From Octopus vulgaris (Eukaryota), in assembly GCA_951406725.2 (NCBI GenBank), contig OX597830.1, positions 11,222,001-11,286,000 of the forward strand: a stretch of 64,000 bases of DNA. The letters run 5' to 3'. Of this stretch, positions 12,933 through 24,989 are shown piece after piece. The notes beneath the pieces are model-generated. The model was given only the letters and a program-made list of their open reading frames with translations. It searched no databases and had not been told where the DNA came from. Position 1 is the stretch's first letter. Each line of letters opens with the position of its first letter. The translations under genes were made by a program, and so were the position numbers.

Positions 12933-13074
12933 TAAAAGGATTTACTTTCTGTTGTACATGTACGCTGGCATTACCTATCCACCAATGCATGCTGGTTTCA
13001 TTTCTTTCAAGACTTTGCATGTCCTTTGTAGCTACAGCTCACGTCTCACTGCCATCTGGAATAGCTGAATAGTA

Positions 13075-14174
13075 GTCATCATTAATCCTTGTTCGACCGT
13101 GGTCGAGACAATGGAATTTACTATGTTACGCCAGACTTCACGGTCCATCATAGCATTACGGAGGTCCTGTTGCTGGATGCCTGTATCCCTGGAGATTACA
13201 TCATGGTAGGAGAGTGTGCGCCCTCTGGTATCGCGAGCAGATGGCTTCCGGGGAAGAAGAGTAGAAATTGCCTTGTTTGCAGCTCTACAACAATGTCCAG
13301 CAAACTGGACTCTCCTACCTTTCACAAGAGATGACACAGGTGGTAATTTCCCATATATTTGCATTTTGGTTGGATGGCGCTTCCACGAGAGATTTTGAGC
13401 TCTCATAAGGAGGCGAGTGTAGGTTCCATCCAACCGCCGCTCAAGCTTCTTTTATAACGTCCAGGTTTCTGAGCCATATAGTAGAATTGGTTCGACTGTG
13501 GCTTTGAATATTTCAAGTTTGAAGTCTCTACATAGATTTGATGACCAGATCTTATGCATGTCATTACAGGCTGACCAGGCCATACCCTTTCTAGTTAGAA
13601 AGTCTTTTCCAGATGATGATATGTATGACCCAAGATATTTATAATCAGAAACCATGTTTAAAGGCGCACTGTTGAGAGTATGGATGATGCAATCACTGTT
13701 GGACAGGCACTTGTTTATGTATTCAGTTTTGGCCTCATTGAGGTAAAGACCTACACAATTTGAGGCTTGTTCAAGAGATTGTAAAAGAGACTGGACATTG
13801 GAGAGAGAATCACTGATAAGAGCGATGTCGTCAGCAAAGTCAGTGTCTGTCAAGTACTCAGCTGGGTGTCTGGAACTTCTTCTTGGTTTTATTTCAAAGC
13901 CCTTGCCAGAGATGGTATCAACTGACATACGTAGCACATAATCAACAACAATGATGAAAAGAAATGGGGCGAGTGTGTCTCCCTGCAGTATTCCGGCTTT
14001 GATTGAGAAAGATGATGGTTCTCCATTAGGGGTTAAGATGGTTGAAGACGTATCTGTGTAGAGGACCTTGATGGCAGAAATAATTTTGTCTGGTATCCCA
14101 TAGAGCTTAAGGATTTCAAACATCTTGTACCTATCTACAGAATCGAACGCTTTAGAAAAGTCTACAAATACCAT
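13075..14174 (-). mobile_element. 5'-truncated RTE-like LINE with well-preserved RT (240-aa ORF 13452-14174)
   Basis: FVDFSKAFDSV, GILQGDTLAPFLF, DFADDIAL, YKYLGS motifs; C-terminal part continues at 13032-13433. Confidence 0.92.
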
Positions 14175-14577
14175 GTAGTAGTAGTAGTAGTAGTAATAAT
14201 AAAATATATTTCAGGGATACAATATCAAAGACATAAGTGGAAACTTCGTTAATATATTTATCAAATATTTCATTTTAAAAAATTTTCTCATTAATAGATC
14301 TTTCTGTCTTTCAATATAAAACATAAACAATTACCAAACAATTAACGAGTTGAATTTAGATAGATCCATGCACTTGCTTGTTTCACTCTACTTTCACTTT
14401 GCTTCATAATACTGACACATAAAATTTGGTCTTTCAGTCATTTGATTTGTTTGTGCTTTTTTTTAAGAGACAAGAAGAAAACTATTAAATAGTGAGAGAA
14501 TTTAAAGAATGGTAATATTCAATAAGAGAACTATTTCACTTTCACCTTTGATACTTGTATTCCTGCAATGCTCTTAT

Positions 14578-14938
14578 TCATCATCATCATCATCATTGTT
14601 CGACCGTGGTCGAGACAATGGAATTCACCATGCTACGCCAGATTTCACGGTCCATCATAGCATTACGGAGGTCCTGTTACTGGATGCCTGTATCCCTGGA
14701 GATTACATCAGGGTAGGAGAGTGTGCGCCCTCTGGTATCGCGAGCAGATGGCTTCCGGGGGGAGAAGAGTAGAAATTGCCTTGTTTGCAGCTCTACAACA
14801 ATGTCCAGCAAACTGGACTCTCCTACCTTTCACAAGAGATGACACAGGTGGTAGTTTCCCATATATTTGCATTTTGGTTGGATGACGCTTCCACGAGAGA
14901 TTTTGAGCTCTCATAAGGAGGCGAGTGTAGGTTCCATC
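14578..14938 (-). mobile_element. Second, shorter 3' copy of the same RTE-like LINE
   Basis: Near-identical to 13089-13430; (GAT)n tail. Confidence 0.9.
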
Positions 14939-15539
14939 TTATTACATTCTACAGTTCACTTTTTGTAAGTAAAAATGATAACCGTGTCTTATTTAGCATT
15001 GGTATTCTGATATAGCACAGTAAAAGTAAATATGCTAAAATGGACTCCCTTACAAACCAATAGGTATATATCTTTTGAGATTGTTTCACAATTATTTTCC
15101 CTTGAAATAGTTCAAAATTTTGTACTGTGAACATTTGGCTTTCAAGTTTTTGGTATTTTGGATTGGATGACATTTCGATTTGTTTATGTGAATGCAAATG
15201 GTCCGACCCATGCCAGCATGGAAAAGGATATTAAATGATGATGATGAAACATGTGTTGATCTATCTGGATTCTGTTCATAGGTTGTGAGGCTCTCTATCT
15301 GAGAGGATGATGAGTATTCTTCTCTACTGGCAAATCCCTGCTTAATTTGCTGCATGGCGTGGATGAAATGGCAATGAGATTTTATGCAGTTTACATTATG
15401 TGTTGTATGAAAATATCATATATTGAGCTATTACCTGTACATAATGCATACCATGCAGTATGTCAGAATAGTCTGACTAATTACTATTCAATAACACCTC
15501 AGAGGGAACTTTTTCCACACCGTACCCCACCAAACCTCG

Positions 15540-15810
15540 AAAGAGCTGTTCTTCACTCCTGCTCCAGGGTCACTCCGAAAAGCTCTATCTGCGACGATTT
15601 CATCTCAATCGAAGGAGGGGGGGCTTTCTCCGTCCGGGTTGCGGATCTGTGGAATAAGCTGCCAGACGAGATAGTGAAGATGCCGATGACCGCTCGGTTC
15701 AAAGTCTCTCTTGACCAGAAATGGCCTGAACTCTTTGCATGAACACCCCTGTACATAACTCCATGTCCCTGCTTTTGCTTTTTGAGTCAGAAAATTAACT
15801 TAACTTAACT
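15540..15810 (+). mobile_element. CR1-type LINE 3' fragment
   Basis: FSVRVADLWNKLPDEIV..FKVSLD C-terminal CR1 motif; short (TAACT)n-like tail. Confidence 0.7.
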
Positions 15811-16208
15811 GGAGTGGCTGTGTGGTAAGTAGCTTGTTTACCAACCACATGGTTCCGGGTTCAGTCCCACTGCGGGGCACCTTGGGCAAGTGTCTTTATA
15901 CTATAGACTGGGGCTGACCAAAGCCTTGTGAGTGGATTTGGTAGACAGAAACTGAAAGAAGCCCATCGTATATATGTATATATAAAAATATATATATGTA
16001 TGTGTGTGTGTGTCTGTGTTTGTCCCCCTAGCATTGCTTGACAACCGATGCTGGTGTGTTTATGTCCCCGTTACTTAGCGGTTCGGCAAAAGAGACTGAT
16101 AGAATAAGTACTGGGCTTACAAAGAATAAGTCCCAGGGTCGAGTTGCTCGATTAAAGGTGGTGCTCCAGCATGGCTGCAGTCAAATGACTGAAACAAGTA
16201 AAAGAGTA
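15811..16208 (+). mobile_element. SINE family A
   Basis: Colinear with 1380-1777. Confidence 0.9.
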
Positions 16209-17612
16209 AACCAAACCTCATCTCTCCTCTTCTGCACATTTCCTCTTTTAATGCATTATGCTTGTGCTTATCTCCTGCTCCCTAATCTTGTCCCCTATGC
16301 CCTGTTTACTGTATCATTCCGATCCTGTTGTCCCCAATCCCCTCACTCCTTGCATTCATGTGAAGTCTCTACTTCCTACCATTTATATTCTGGCCCCTGT
16401 ACCTTGAGGGCATGCCCTTCTACTTTACTACCAGTTATCTCTCCCTAGCTCTTCTAGACCATCCCATTTATATTCTTGTCCCCATTCCTTGTAAGCATAC
16501 CCTGACCCTTTGCCACCATCTTTCTTCTGTTCTCTTCCATTAACACTCTTTCTCTTGCTCTATCCCTTGGACTGGTTAGCCATGTATCTCCTCTACAACA
16601 ACACTCATTACTGGTCTCAATCTTGACCACTCCCTCTCCCCCTCCCCAGATAACCATGTCTTGCCTCTACAGTAAGACACCTGTTTCTGTCTGTATCACA
16701 CTCTAACCTTTCATCATAAGATCACTTCCAGGGCCACATCCCCCCTCAAAGGATCTTTGTCTTGCAAGTTACTTGGTGACCCTGCCAGTACTGGTGCCAT
16801 GTAAGAAGCACTTGGTCCACAAATTTCAGGCAGAAGACATCACATAGAATTAGCTGTCTTGAGAGAGAAATGATAAGCAGAAAGGAAATTGCAAAAATTT
16901 GATAGATTCTGACAAATGTACAAATTGCAGACCCTTTAACAAGAAAGGTGTACCATCCCTTAAGACTCTTGGAATCTTCATTATAATTTTTTAAGTTATG
17001 TTTTTCCTTTTCTCCTTTTTTTTTTTTTTTTCAGTTGAAAACCTGGTTTAGCATAAATCCACAGCTGCCAGGGGCCCATAAAAACAAAAGAAGAAAAAAG
17101 TGGGAAATATTGTTAATTAAAGGAAACAATTCATCTTTTAACTCTTTAATATTCAAATTATTCTTTCAAATTCTTATTTATTTACATTGATTTGGATTAA
17201 CCATGGATTATCTCAAAGCCTTGATACTGACAATGTGATTGTTTATTTTTAGCAGAACATAGTGGGAATAAGTCTGAGAGGTCAGATCTGCCCAGGTAGA
17301 ATATTTGAGCCGGAAACTGAAAGAAGCCTGTCGTATATATGTATATATATATATGTATGTTTGTGTGTCTGTGTTTGTTCCCCTAGCATTGCTTGACAAC
17401 CGATATGGCCAGTTTAAATGCTAAATGGCTATGATAAACAATTGTCTCTAATTACCAAGAGTCGGGTGCAGAAAAAGCAGATGAAAAGGGGGTACTGGCA
17501 GACATGTTTGTTGATGGGTTTTCTCTGTATCAGAAGGTGGTGTTGTTTAGGATTTAACAATTAACATTACAAGTGCAATCCTTTGTATAATCTTTGAACT
17601 TAGGCTAATATA

Positions 17613-18020
17613 GGTGCAGGAGTGGCTGTGTGGTAAGTAGCTTGCTAACCAGCCACATGGTTCCGGGTTCAGTCCCACTGCATGGTGGCATCTTGGGCAA
17701 GTGTCTTCTGCTATAGCCCCGGGCCAACCAATGCCTTGTGAGTGGATTTGGTAGACGGAAACTGAAAGAAGCCTGTCGTATATATGTATATATATATATA
17801 TGTATGTGTGTGTGTCTGTGTTTGTTCCCCTAGCATTGCTTGACAACCGATGCTGGTGTGTTTATGTCCCCGTCACTTAGCAGTTCGGCAAAAAGAGACC
17901 GATAGAATAAGTACTGGGCTTACAAAAAGAATAAGTCCCAGGGTCAAGTTGCTCAACTAAAGGCGGTGCTCCAGCATGGCCGCAGTCAAATGACTGAAAC
18001 AAGTAAAAGAGTAAAAGAGT
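17613..18020 (+). mobile_element. SINE family A
   Basis: Colinear with 1380-1777; a partial internal copy also lies at ~17310-17403. Confidence 0.9.
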
Positions 18021-18241
18021 AATATTGAAAAGTATGGCATATCTTGCAATATTTGTATGCACACTTTATCTCCTGTTGTCTATAAGCAAGAGTGCATCCC
18101 ATATCTGCTGCAGACTTTACATATCTTGTCTCAAATTGTGTCAAGCTTGGCAATTAATTCTTTTTATTTACTGCAGATTAAAACAATATTTAAAAAAAAA
18201 AAAAAATGAGTCTGTTAGTAAAATATTCTTTGTTTCTTTAG

Positions 18242-18369
18242 CAGATGTCTGACAATAAAAATCAGTGACAAATTTAAGAGAGGAGAATATATCAGATTTT
18301 CTGCATTGCAATCTAATTATCTCAACTACACAACTTTCTCCAAAGCAGCCATATTGGAGATCTGTCAAG
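18242..18369 (+). CDS. CUB-LDLa gene exon 3 (RCLTIKISDKFKRGEYIRFSALQSNYLNYTTFSKAAILEICQ)
   Basis: Pyrimidine tract + TAGCAG acceptor (18242 or 18245), open frame, AAG|GTAAC donor at phase 1 joining exon 4. Confidence 0.7.
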
Positions 18370-18995
18370 GTAACATAGAAGGACTGCAACTCAAGATATT
18401 TTACAAAGTTATTGGTAAGTGAATATTTATTTGCATGGGGGCTCACTCAACAACATAGAAGTTAAAATCTTGTCCACACATTGAACAGACGCAACAATCA
18501 GACAAATTACGGAAGCTACACACATAATAGAAGATAAACCTAGCCTGAATAGGAATCTGGAATGGAACACTAGCACACACCACAACATATGACAGAAGAG
18601 GATCCCCATAAACTGGTTACAATATAAACAAAACTAAAAACATAATAAAATACACAGATAAATAAACAAATGGAAGTAAATAACTATGTACATTAAAAAT
18701 AATAATAATAATAATTTTAAAAAATAATAATAATAATAATAATAATAAGTTGGTGTAAACACATGAACAAAATAAAAAAAAAAGCAAAAACAAATTACAC
18801 GAACATATATAAACAGGAGATACAAATATTACAGGCAATTCCCCCCACCCACACACACACACACTAACTAAACATAGACACACATAGAGGTATACACATG
18901 CGCAAATGAAGACACATACAATAGGAATAGAAAATACAAAATGGCTGACCGTTAGTAAGGAGAGACACACAAATAAGAAAGAAGAAAGCAAAGGA

Positions 18996-19035
18996 CCACT
19001 GATGCGGTCACAGGAGTGTGACGAAAGAACTCTGG
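18996..19035 (+). ncRNA. Degenerate minimal type I hammerhead-like motif
   Basis: CCA-CTGATGC-G-GTCACA[GGAG]TGTGAC-GAAA-G[AA]CTC-TGG; core position 9 is C rather than A. Confidence 0.5.
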
Positions 19036-19155
19036 CCGAAATAAGATTAAGATTAATGTCAAAAATAATAACGCTGAAGCAAAGTAACACCAAATATATA
19101 GTGCGTGTGTTTTTACTGGCTAAACTGGCAAAATGATCATTCCTAAATACAACAA

Positions 19156-19277
19156 TATGTATATATATATGTTTATATATATGTATATATATGTATATAT
19201 ATATGTGTGTGTGTATATATATATACACATATATATACACATGTATATATATGTGTATATATAAACATATATATATG

Positions 19278-19312
<35 letters not shown>

Positions 19313-19357
19313 ATATATATGTATATATATATATTCACACACACACACACACACACA
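19156..19357. repeat. (TA)n/(CA)n compound microsatellite
   Basis: Read directly; source of the YIYI-type spurious ORFs. Confidence 0.95.
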
Positions 19358-19691
19358 CCATAAAAACTCATGTAATTTGTGCATCTATGTAATATACACA
19401 AGTGATTATCAGGATAAAAATTACTAAAAAAATGCTTCTTCTTCTTTAAAATTTGCACCCCAAAGTTTTCAGATCTGCCGTTATGACCAGGGGGAAAAGG
19501 TTTTCAATTTGGTTGTATTTAGCATAATTTCACTTACTTATGATTAGATTTTATTAAATTTTCAATAAATAAAAATGATTTATCTTAACAGGTATCACAT
19601 TGTCAGCTATTAAATTTGGAAGTGTTTGTGTTGTTTATAATAAACTTTATTTTACATTTCTTGCCCACAAGAGATTATGTCCAATCTTTGT

Positions 19692-20073
19692 GGAGGCGCA
19701 ATGGCCCAGTGGTTAGGGCAGTGGACTCGCGGTCGTAGAATCACGGTTTCGATTCCCAGACCGGGCGTTGTGAGTGTTTATTGAGCGAAAACATCTAAAA
19801 TGCTCCACGAGGCTCTGGCAGGGATGGTGGTGATCCCTGCTGCACTCTTTCACCACAACTTTCTCTCACTCTTACTTCCTGTTTCTGTTGTACCTGTATT
19901 TCAAAGGGCCGGCCTTGTCACTCTCTGTGTCACGCTGAATATCCCCGAGAACTACGTTAAGGGTACACGTGTCTGTGGAGTGCTCAGCCACTTACACGTT
20001 AATTTCATGAGCAGGCTGTTCCATTGATCGGATCAACCGGAACCCTCGTCGTCGGAACCGACGGAGTGCTTCC
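19692..20073 (+). mobile_element. SINE family B
   Basis: Colinear with 2668-3050; TSD ATGTCCAATCTTT. Confidence 0.92.
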
Positions 20074-20759
20074 ACATGTCCAATCTTTAGCAAACTTCTG
20101 TATGTCTTCTCAAATCATAATCACAGGAAAAGTTGTTGATAATTGTTATCAACAAAATCAAAGCTGATAAATACCTTCAGGTGTTGCAAAATAAATTTAA
20201 TTACCAATAAACATCAGCTTGGATGACACTTTACTCAACCGTCAGAGGAAGATGACCAATCAAGCTGATTATGAAAATAAAATTCTGATTAGTCAAAAGG
20301 GTCTTCTTGTCTAAAGCTCTGGTTTTCTGCCTATTCCTGTCAGAACCTTTGATACGCAGTATTGAAATTTTAATCCCTTTCACATTTATAAAGTGTCAAA
20401 CACACTTAAAAATTTGTCGTTACCATTTTAGCTGGGAGACCAAACTGATAGTTTGGTAACCCTTTAAAATAACTATTAAAAATCAAAAGGAGAAAATAAA
20501 CAGCTTTGCAAATTTAACTCAGTGCTTATTGAACAAGAGAGGTGCAAAATTTAAGAAGCAAGTTGTTAGAATATACACGTCTGTGAGGAGACATAAACAA
20601 GAATAGCAAAAATGTATTATACCAAAAGAACTGGTAATACATACATTACAAATGTTCTATGAATGTGAAATGACATTAAACATCGTATCAAGTAAATGAA
20701 GGTTTCTGTAGGAACGCTAAGTCATATTCACTTAGTGAGTTTACATGCGCAAGGATGAA

Positions 20760-21622
20760 TTATGATATTGTCATTGTCAATCTTAGATGCAGTAAGAGCT
20801 GATAGTGGCGATATTGGTGGTGAGGAATTTCATTGTCCTAATGTGGAGAAAGCAAGCAAATACCTTCCTGATGCAAATGCAAGCTAGACTCCCTAAATGG
20901 AGAAAAACTGATCTATTTAAGGAAATTGCTGGGCTCCATTGCGATAGGTAGAAACCCCAGACAATGTAAAATATCGCCTGGACCATGATTACCAGCTTGA
21001 ACATCAAACTTCAAAAAGTAGTTAACCATTGCCTACAATAACATCAATCGAAAACAATCATGGTCCAGGCATAATGAACCAGCACAAACAACGTCAAAAG
21101 CTGAACTGCATCAAAAAAAGATCATGTTGTCAATTTGGTGAGATTACAAAAGTGTTGTGTATTCTGAGCTGCTTCCAAGGAACCAAACGATCAATTCAGA
21201 TGTTTACTGTCAACAACTAATGAAACCCGGAGGAAGCAATCAAAGGAAAACAGCCAGAATTGTCAAATTGTAAAGGAATCACGTTCCACCATGGTAACAC
21301 TAGACCACACACGTCTTTGCTAACTCATAAAATATTATTGGAGCTTGGTTGGGAAGTGATGTTACATCTACCATATAGCCCTAACCTTTGAATGGTATAA
21401 GTTTCAATAATGATGACAACCTGAATCACACTTGCTTCAGTTTTTGGCTGATAAGGACCAGCAGTTTTATGAGCATGGAATCATGAAGTTGCCAGAAAGA
21501 TGGCAAAAGGTCATGAAACAAAATGAAAAATATACAAATCATTGAAGTTCATTCTTTGTATGAAAAAAAACAACTTTTTTTTCACCCTGAAAAACCGAAA
21601 TTACTTTCTTGCCAACCTAATA
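20760..21622 (+). mobile_element. Decayed mariner transposon (transposase relic + right TIR)
   Basis: FHHGNTRPH, WEVMLHLPYSP (cf. YSPDL) and RWQKV motifs; terminal GAAATTACTTTCTTGCCAACCTAATA is mariner-TIR-like. Confidence 0.8.
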
Positions 21623-22052
21623 TATTCACACATGATAGAAATTTATAGATTAAAAGAACAAACGGAAAAGTTCTTTGATAGACAATATAAAGGAAATACA
21701 TGCAATCTTACCTCATAGCTAGTATTTTATTACATTATAGACACCTCTGTCTTGAGAATTATATCTCTCATCAGGCTGTGTAAAGGACAGAAGCCTCCTG
21801 TATCCAGCAGTCATACAGGCTGAATATAAAATTGCCTGTAATGGACAAATGTGCTGAAAATTGACTTTTTTTATATCGAAGTGGATGAACAATTATGAAC
21901 ATTGGCAAGAAAACTGGAAACCTGATGCTCTATAAACAAATTTCTTTGATATTTGTTCTGCATTTTATTAGACACTCTCTTGTTATTCTCAGCAAACCAG
22001 GGACTGATCCATTAGAAACTTGTAATAAACGATAGAATTGTTAACATATATA

Positions 22053-22215
22053 GGCGCAGGAGTGGCTGTGTGGTAAGTAGCTTGCTAACCAACCACATGG
22101 TTCCGGGTTCAGTCCCACTGCGTGGAATCTTGGGCAAGTGTCTTCTACTATAGCCCCGGGCCAACCAAAGCCTTGTGAGTGGATTTGGTAGACAGAAACT
22201 GAAAGAAGCTTGTCG

Positions 22216-22248
<33 letters not shown>

Positions 22249-22436
22249 TTGTCCCCCTAGCATTGCTTGACAACTGATGCTGGTGTGTTTACGTCCCCGT
22301 CACTTAGCAGTTCGGCAAAAGAGACCGATAGAATAAGTACTGGGCTTACAAAGAATAAGTCTCGGGGTCGATTTGCTCGACTAAAGGCGGTGCTCCAGCA
22401 TGGCCACAGTCAAATGACTGAAACAAGTAAAAGAGT
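22053..22436 (+). mobile_element. SINE family A
   Basis: Colinear with the other copies. Confidence 0.92.
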
Positions 22437-22707
22437 ATATAAAATATTTAAATTATTAAATCACATTCTACTATTTTAGAAAGGAAGGCATTACATAAAT
22501 TATCCTGGAGCCATGTTTCTAGAAGTAATGGTCATGGCTGGAATGTCATAGATCTGTTTGATTGTGGTTGTTCTGGGGCTAAACAACACACAATAACAAT
22601 CCAATAAAAACTTTAGGTCAAATTGTGATCCGTGTGAAAAAGTATTTATTTCTTTTGCTGTTATATTATTTCTTATATTTCTTATGATTTTATTACACTT
22701 CTTCCAG

Positions 22708-22880
22708 AAAAGTTGGAGACCAAATTTGCTAGTGCCACTAATATAACTCTCCTCCAAATACCTTCCAACTATCCACCAAGTGGTGAGATTTTCAAGTACT
22801 ATATCAAAAAGTCTACCCCCTCTGGTCATCTTCAGCTAATCTTGACCAATTACCTCTGTTGTGCTGACTGCTATGTCGTC
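22708..22880 (+). CDS. CUB-LDLa gene exon 4 (CUB1 N-half: ..LLQIPSNYPPSGEIFKYYIKKSTPSGHLQLILTNYLCCADCYVV)
   Basis: CTTCTTCCAG acceptor, GTAAGT donor, phase 1 in / 0 out; PSNYP motif resembles CUB SPNYP. Confidence 0.85.
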
Positions 22881-23072
22881 GTAAGTATACTCTTTCGCTC
22901 TTATCTTTCTTTGCTTTCCTGGAGAATTTGGTAAGGATAACCGTTACTTTCATATCTCTCTCTTGACTGTTATGCAATAGTTGATATGGTACAATATCAG
23001 TTTTGATATATATTGTGATATGATATAGCTGTTCATATGATTGCTGGCATACAATCTGATACATTGTATAAT

Positions 23073-23373
23073 AAAATCAAAATCAAAATCGATCAACGTC
23101 AATGGAAATTGTAGCTGTGATACCAGTGCCGGTGGCACATAAGAGAACCATCCAAACGTGGCCGTTGCCAGCCTCATCTGGCACCTGTGCAGGTGGCACG
23201 TAAAAAGTACCCACTACACTCATGGAGTGGTTGGAGTTAGGAAGGGCTTCCAGCCGTAGAAACATTGCCAGATCAGACTGGGCCTGGTGCAGCCTTCTGG
23301 CTTCTCAGACCCTAGTTGAACCGTCCAACCCATGCTAGCATGGAAAGCGGACGCTAAACGATGATGATGATGA
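23073..23373 (+). mobile_element. RTE 3'-end repeat (family C)
   Basis: Ends ..CATGCTAGCATGGAAAGCGGACGCTAAAC(GAT)n. Confidence 0.88.
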
Positions 23374-23552
23374 TACGATAATGTGGTGTGATATGAAATT
23401 TTCAGTCAACTAATACTTACCCCTTTTATTTCTGTTGATATTGTAGATCACATGACATACTTAACTATCATCAATAAAGACAATCCTCTCATTCATATTA
23501 TGTACCTTCTATTTTATATATTGTTATACGATATACTCTAGCTATTATACCT

Positions 23553-23950
23553 TCATCATCATCATCATCATCATCATTTAGCATCCGCTTTCCATGCTGG
23601 CATGGGTTGGACGGTTCAACTGGGGTCTGGGAAGCCAGAAGGCTGCACCGGGCCCAGTTTGATCTGGCAATGTTTCTACAGCTGGATGCCCTTCCTAACG
23701 CCAACCACTCCATGAGTGTAGTGGGTGCTTTTTATGTGCCAGACGAGTCTGGCAAACGGCCACGATCAGATGGTGCTTTTTATGTGCCACCGGCACGGGG
23801 GCCAGGCGAGGCTGGCAACAGCCACGAACGGATGGTGCTTTTTACGTGCCACCGGCATGAAGCCAGTCGGGGCGGCGCTGGCAACAGCCACATTCAGATG
23901 GTTCTCTTACGTGCCACCGACACTGGTAACTCAGCTGCAATTTCTATTGA
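23553..23950 (-). mobile_element. RTE 3'-end repeat (family C)
   Basis: Inverted relative to 23073-23373. Confidence 0.88.
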
Positions 23951-24157
23951 TCGATTTCTATATGGTAAACAAATTGACATACATATCTTTCCGTGTAAGG
24001 TACATCATGATATATATAATGATATAGGTGTGAAGCAAATAACATTATGAGAGCCATTATGATTGTTGATTGATGTAGATTGAATGAAAGCGTTTGACTG
24101 ATGTGAAAAACTACATTGTGTATCCATAAGCATTTATGAGTTCCCCTTTTATTTCAG

Positions 24158-24302
24158 ATTGCATTTGGATCCTCAGTATTTAATTATTCTCAAAAAGGTA
24201 TACGGAGAGTGTATACTAGTAAAGATACCATCACCGTGAAATACTTCATTGGCAAGATTCAACCTGGATGTGGACTTAAGGCTGAAATTCGTTATTTTGA
24301 AG
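24158..24302 (+). CDS. CUB-LDLa gene exon 5 (CUB1 C-half: IAFGSSVF..DTITVKYFIGKIQPGCGLKAEIRYFE)
   Basis: TTTTATTTCAG acceptor, GAAG|GTTTAC donor, phase 0 in / 1 out; ending resembles the CUB 'V.F......GF.A.Y' pattern. Confidence 0.85.
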
Positions 24303-24576
24303 GTTTACACATCCTTTCAATATTTCTTACTTCTCTCTGTCTCTCTTTCTCTTCTACTTTCTTATTCATCTTCAATTCTGTTTCTTGCAGCATGGGAAGA
24401 ATGAATACTTGATGTGGTTTTAGAGTCAGGTTTCGACTGCTATTTCAAGCATGATGGTATCTCTAAGATACCCTTATTTATAATTTCAACAATTACTATA
24501 ACCTATAAGGTTTTTTCTTCCCATGTTGCCTTAGATTTGATTGCTATTTAAAATGACGATCTTATCCTTATATATG

Positions 24577-24742
<166 letters not shown>

Positions 24743-24989
24743 ATGGGTACAGGATGTCACCAGCGGTGCAAATAACATGAAATGTGTAAACAAACGAGTT
24801 AAATATGTAAACAATGAGAAAAAAAAATGGAAAATAGGACAAGTAAACAAAGAGAAAGGACCCTTCATCAGTTGTTGGCTGTCTGTCTACTCCTCAATTC
24901 GAGCATTCAATAACAATATACATATATATAAGTGTATATGTATATATATGTGTGCATGTGTGTGTATATATGTATACATACAGAGATAA

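Noticed and set aside
18617-19458. 255-aa and overlapping ORFs
   Set aside because: Low-complexity translations of (TA)n/(CA)n/(TAA)n microsatellites.
21735-21780. Minus-strand CTGATGA-GAGA/TCTC..TGTC hammerhead-like string
   Set aside because: GAAA is replaced by AAGA and stem I does not pair; at best a dead relic.
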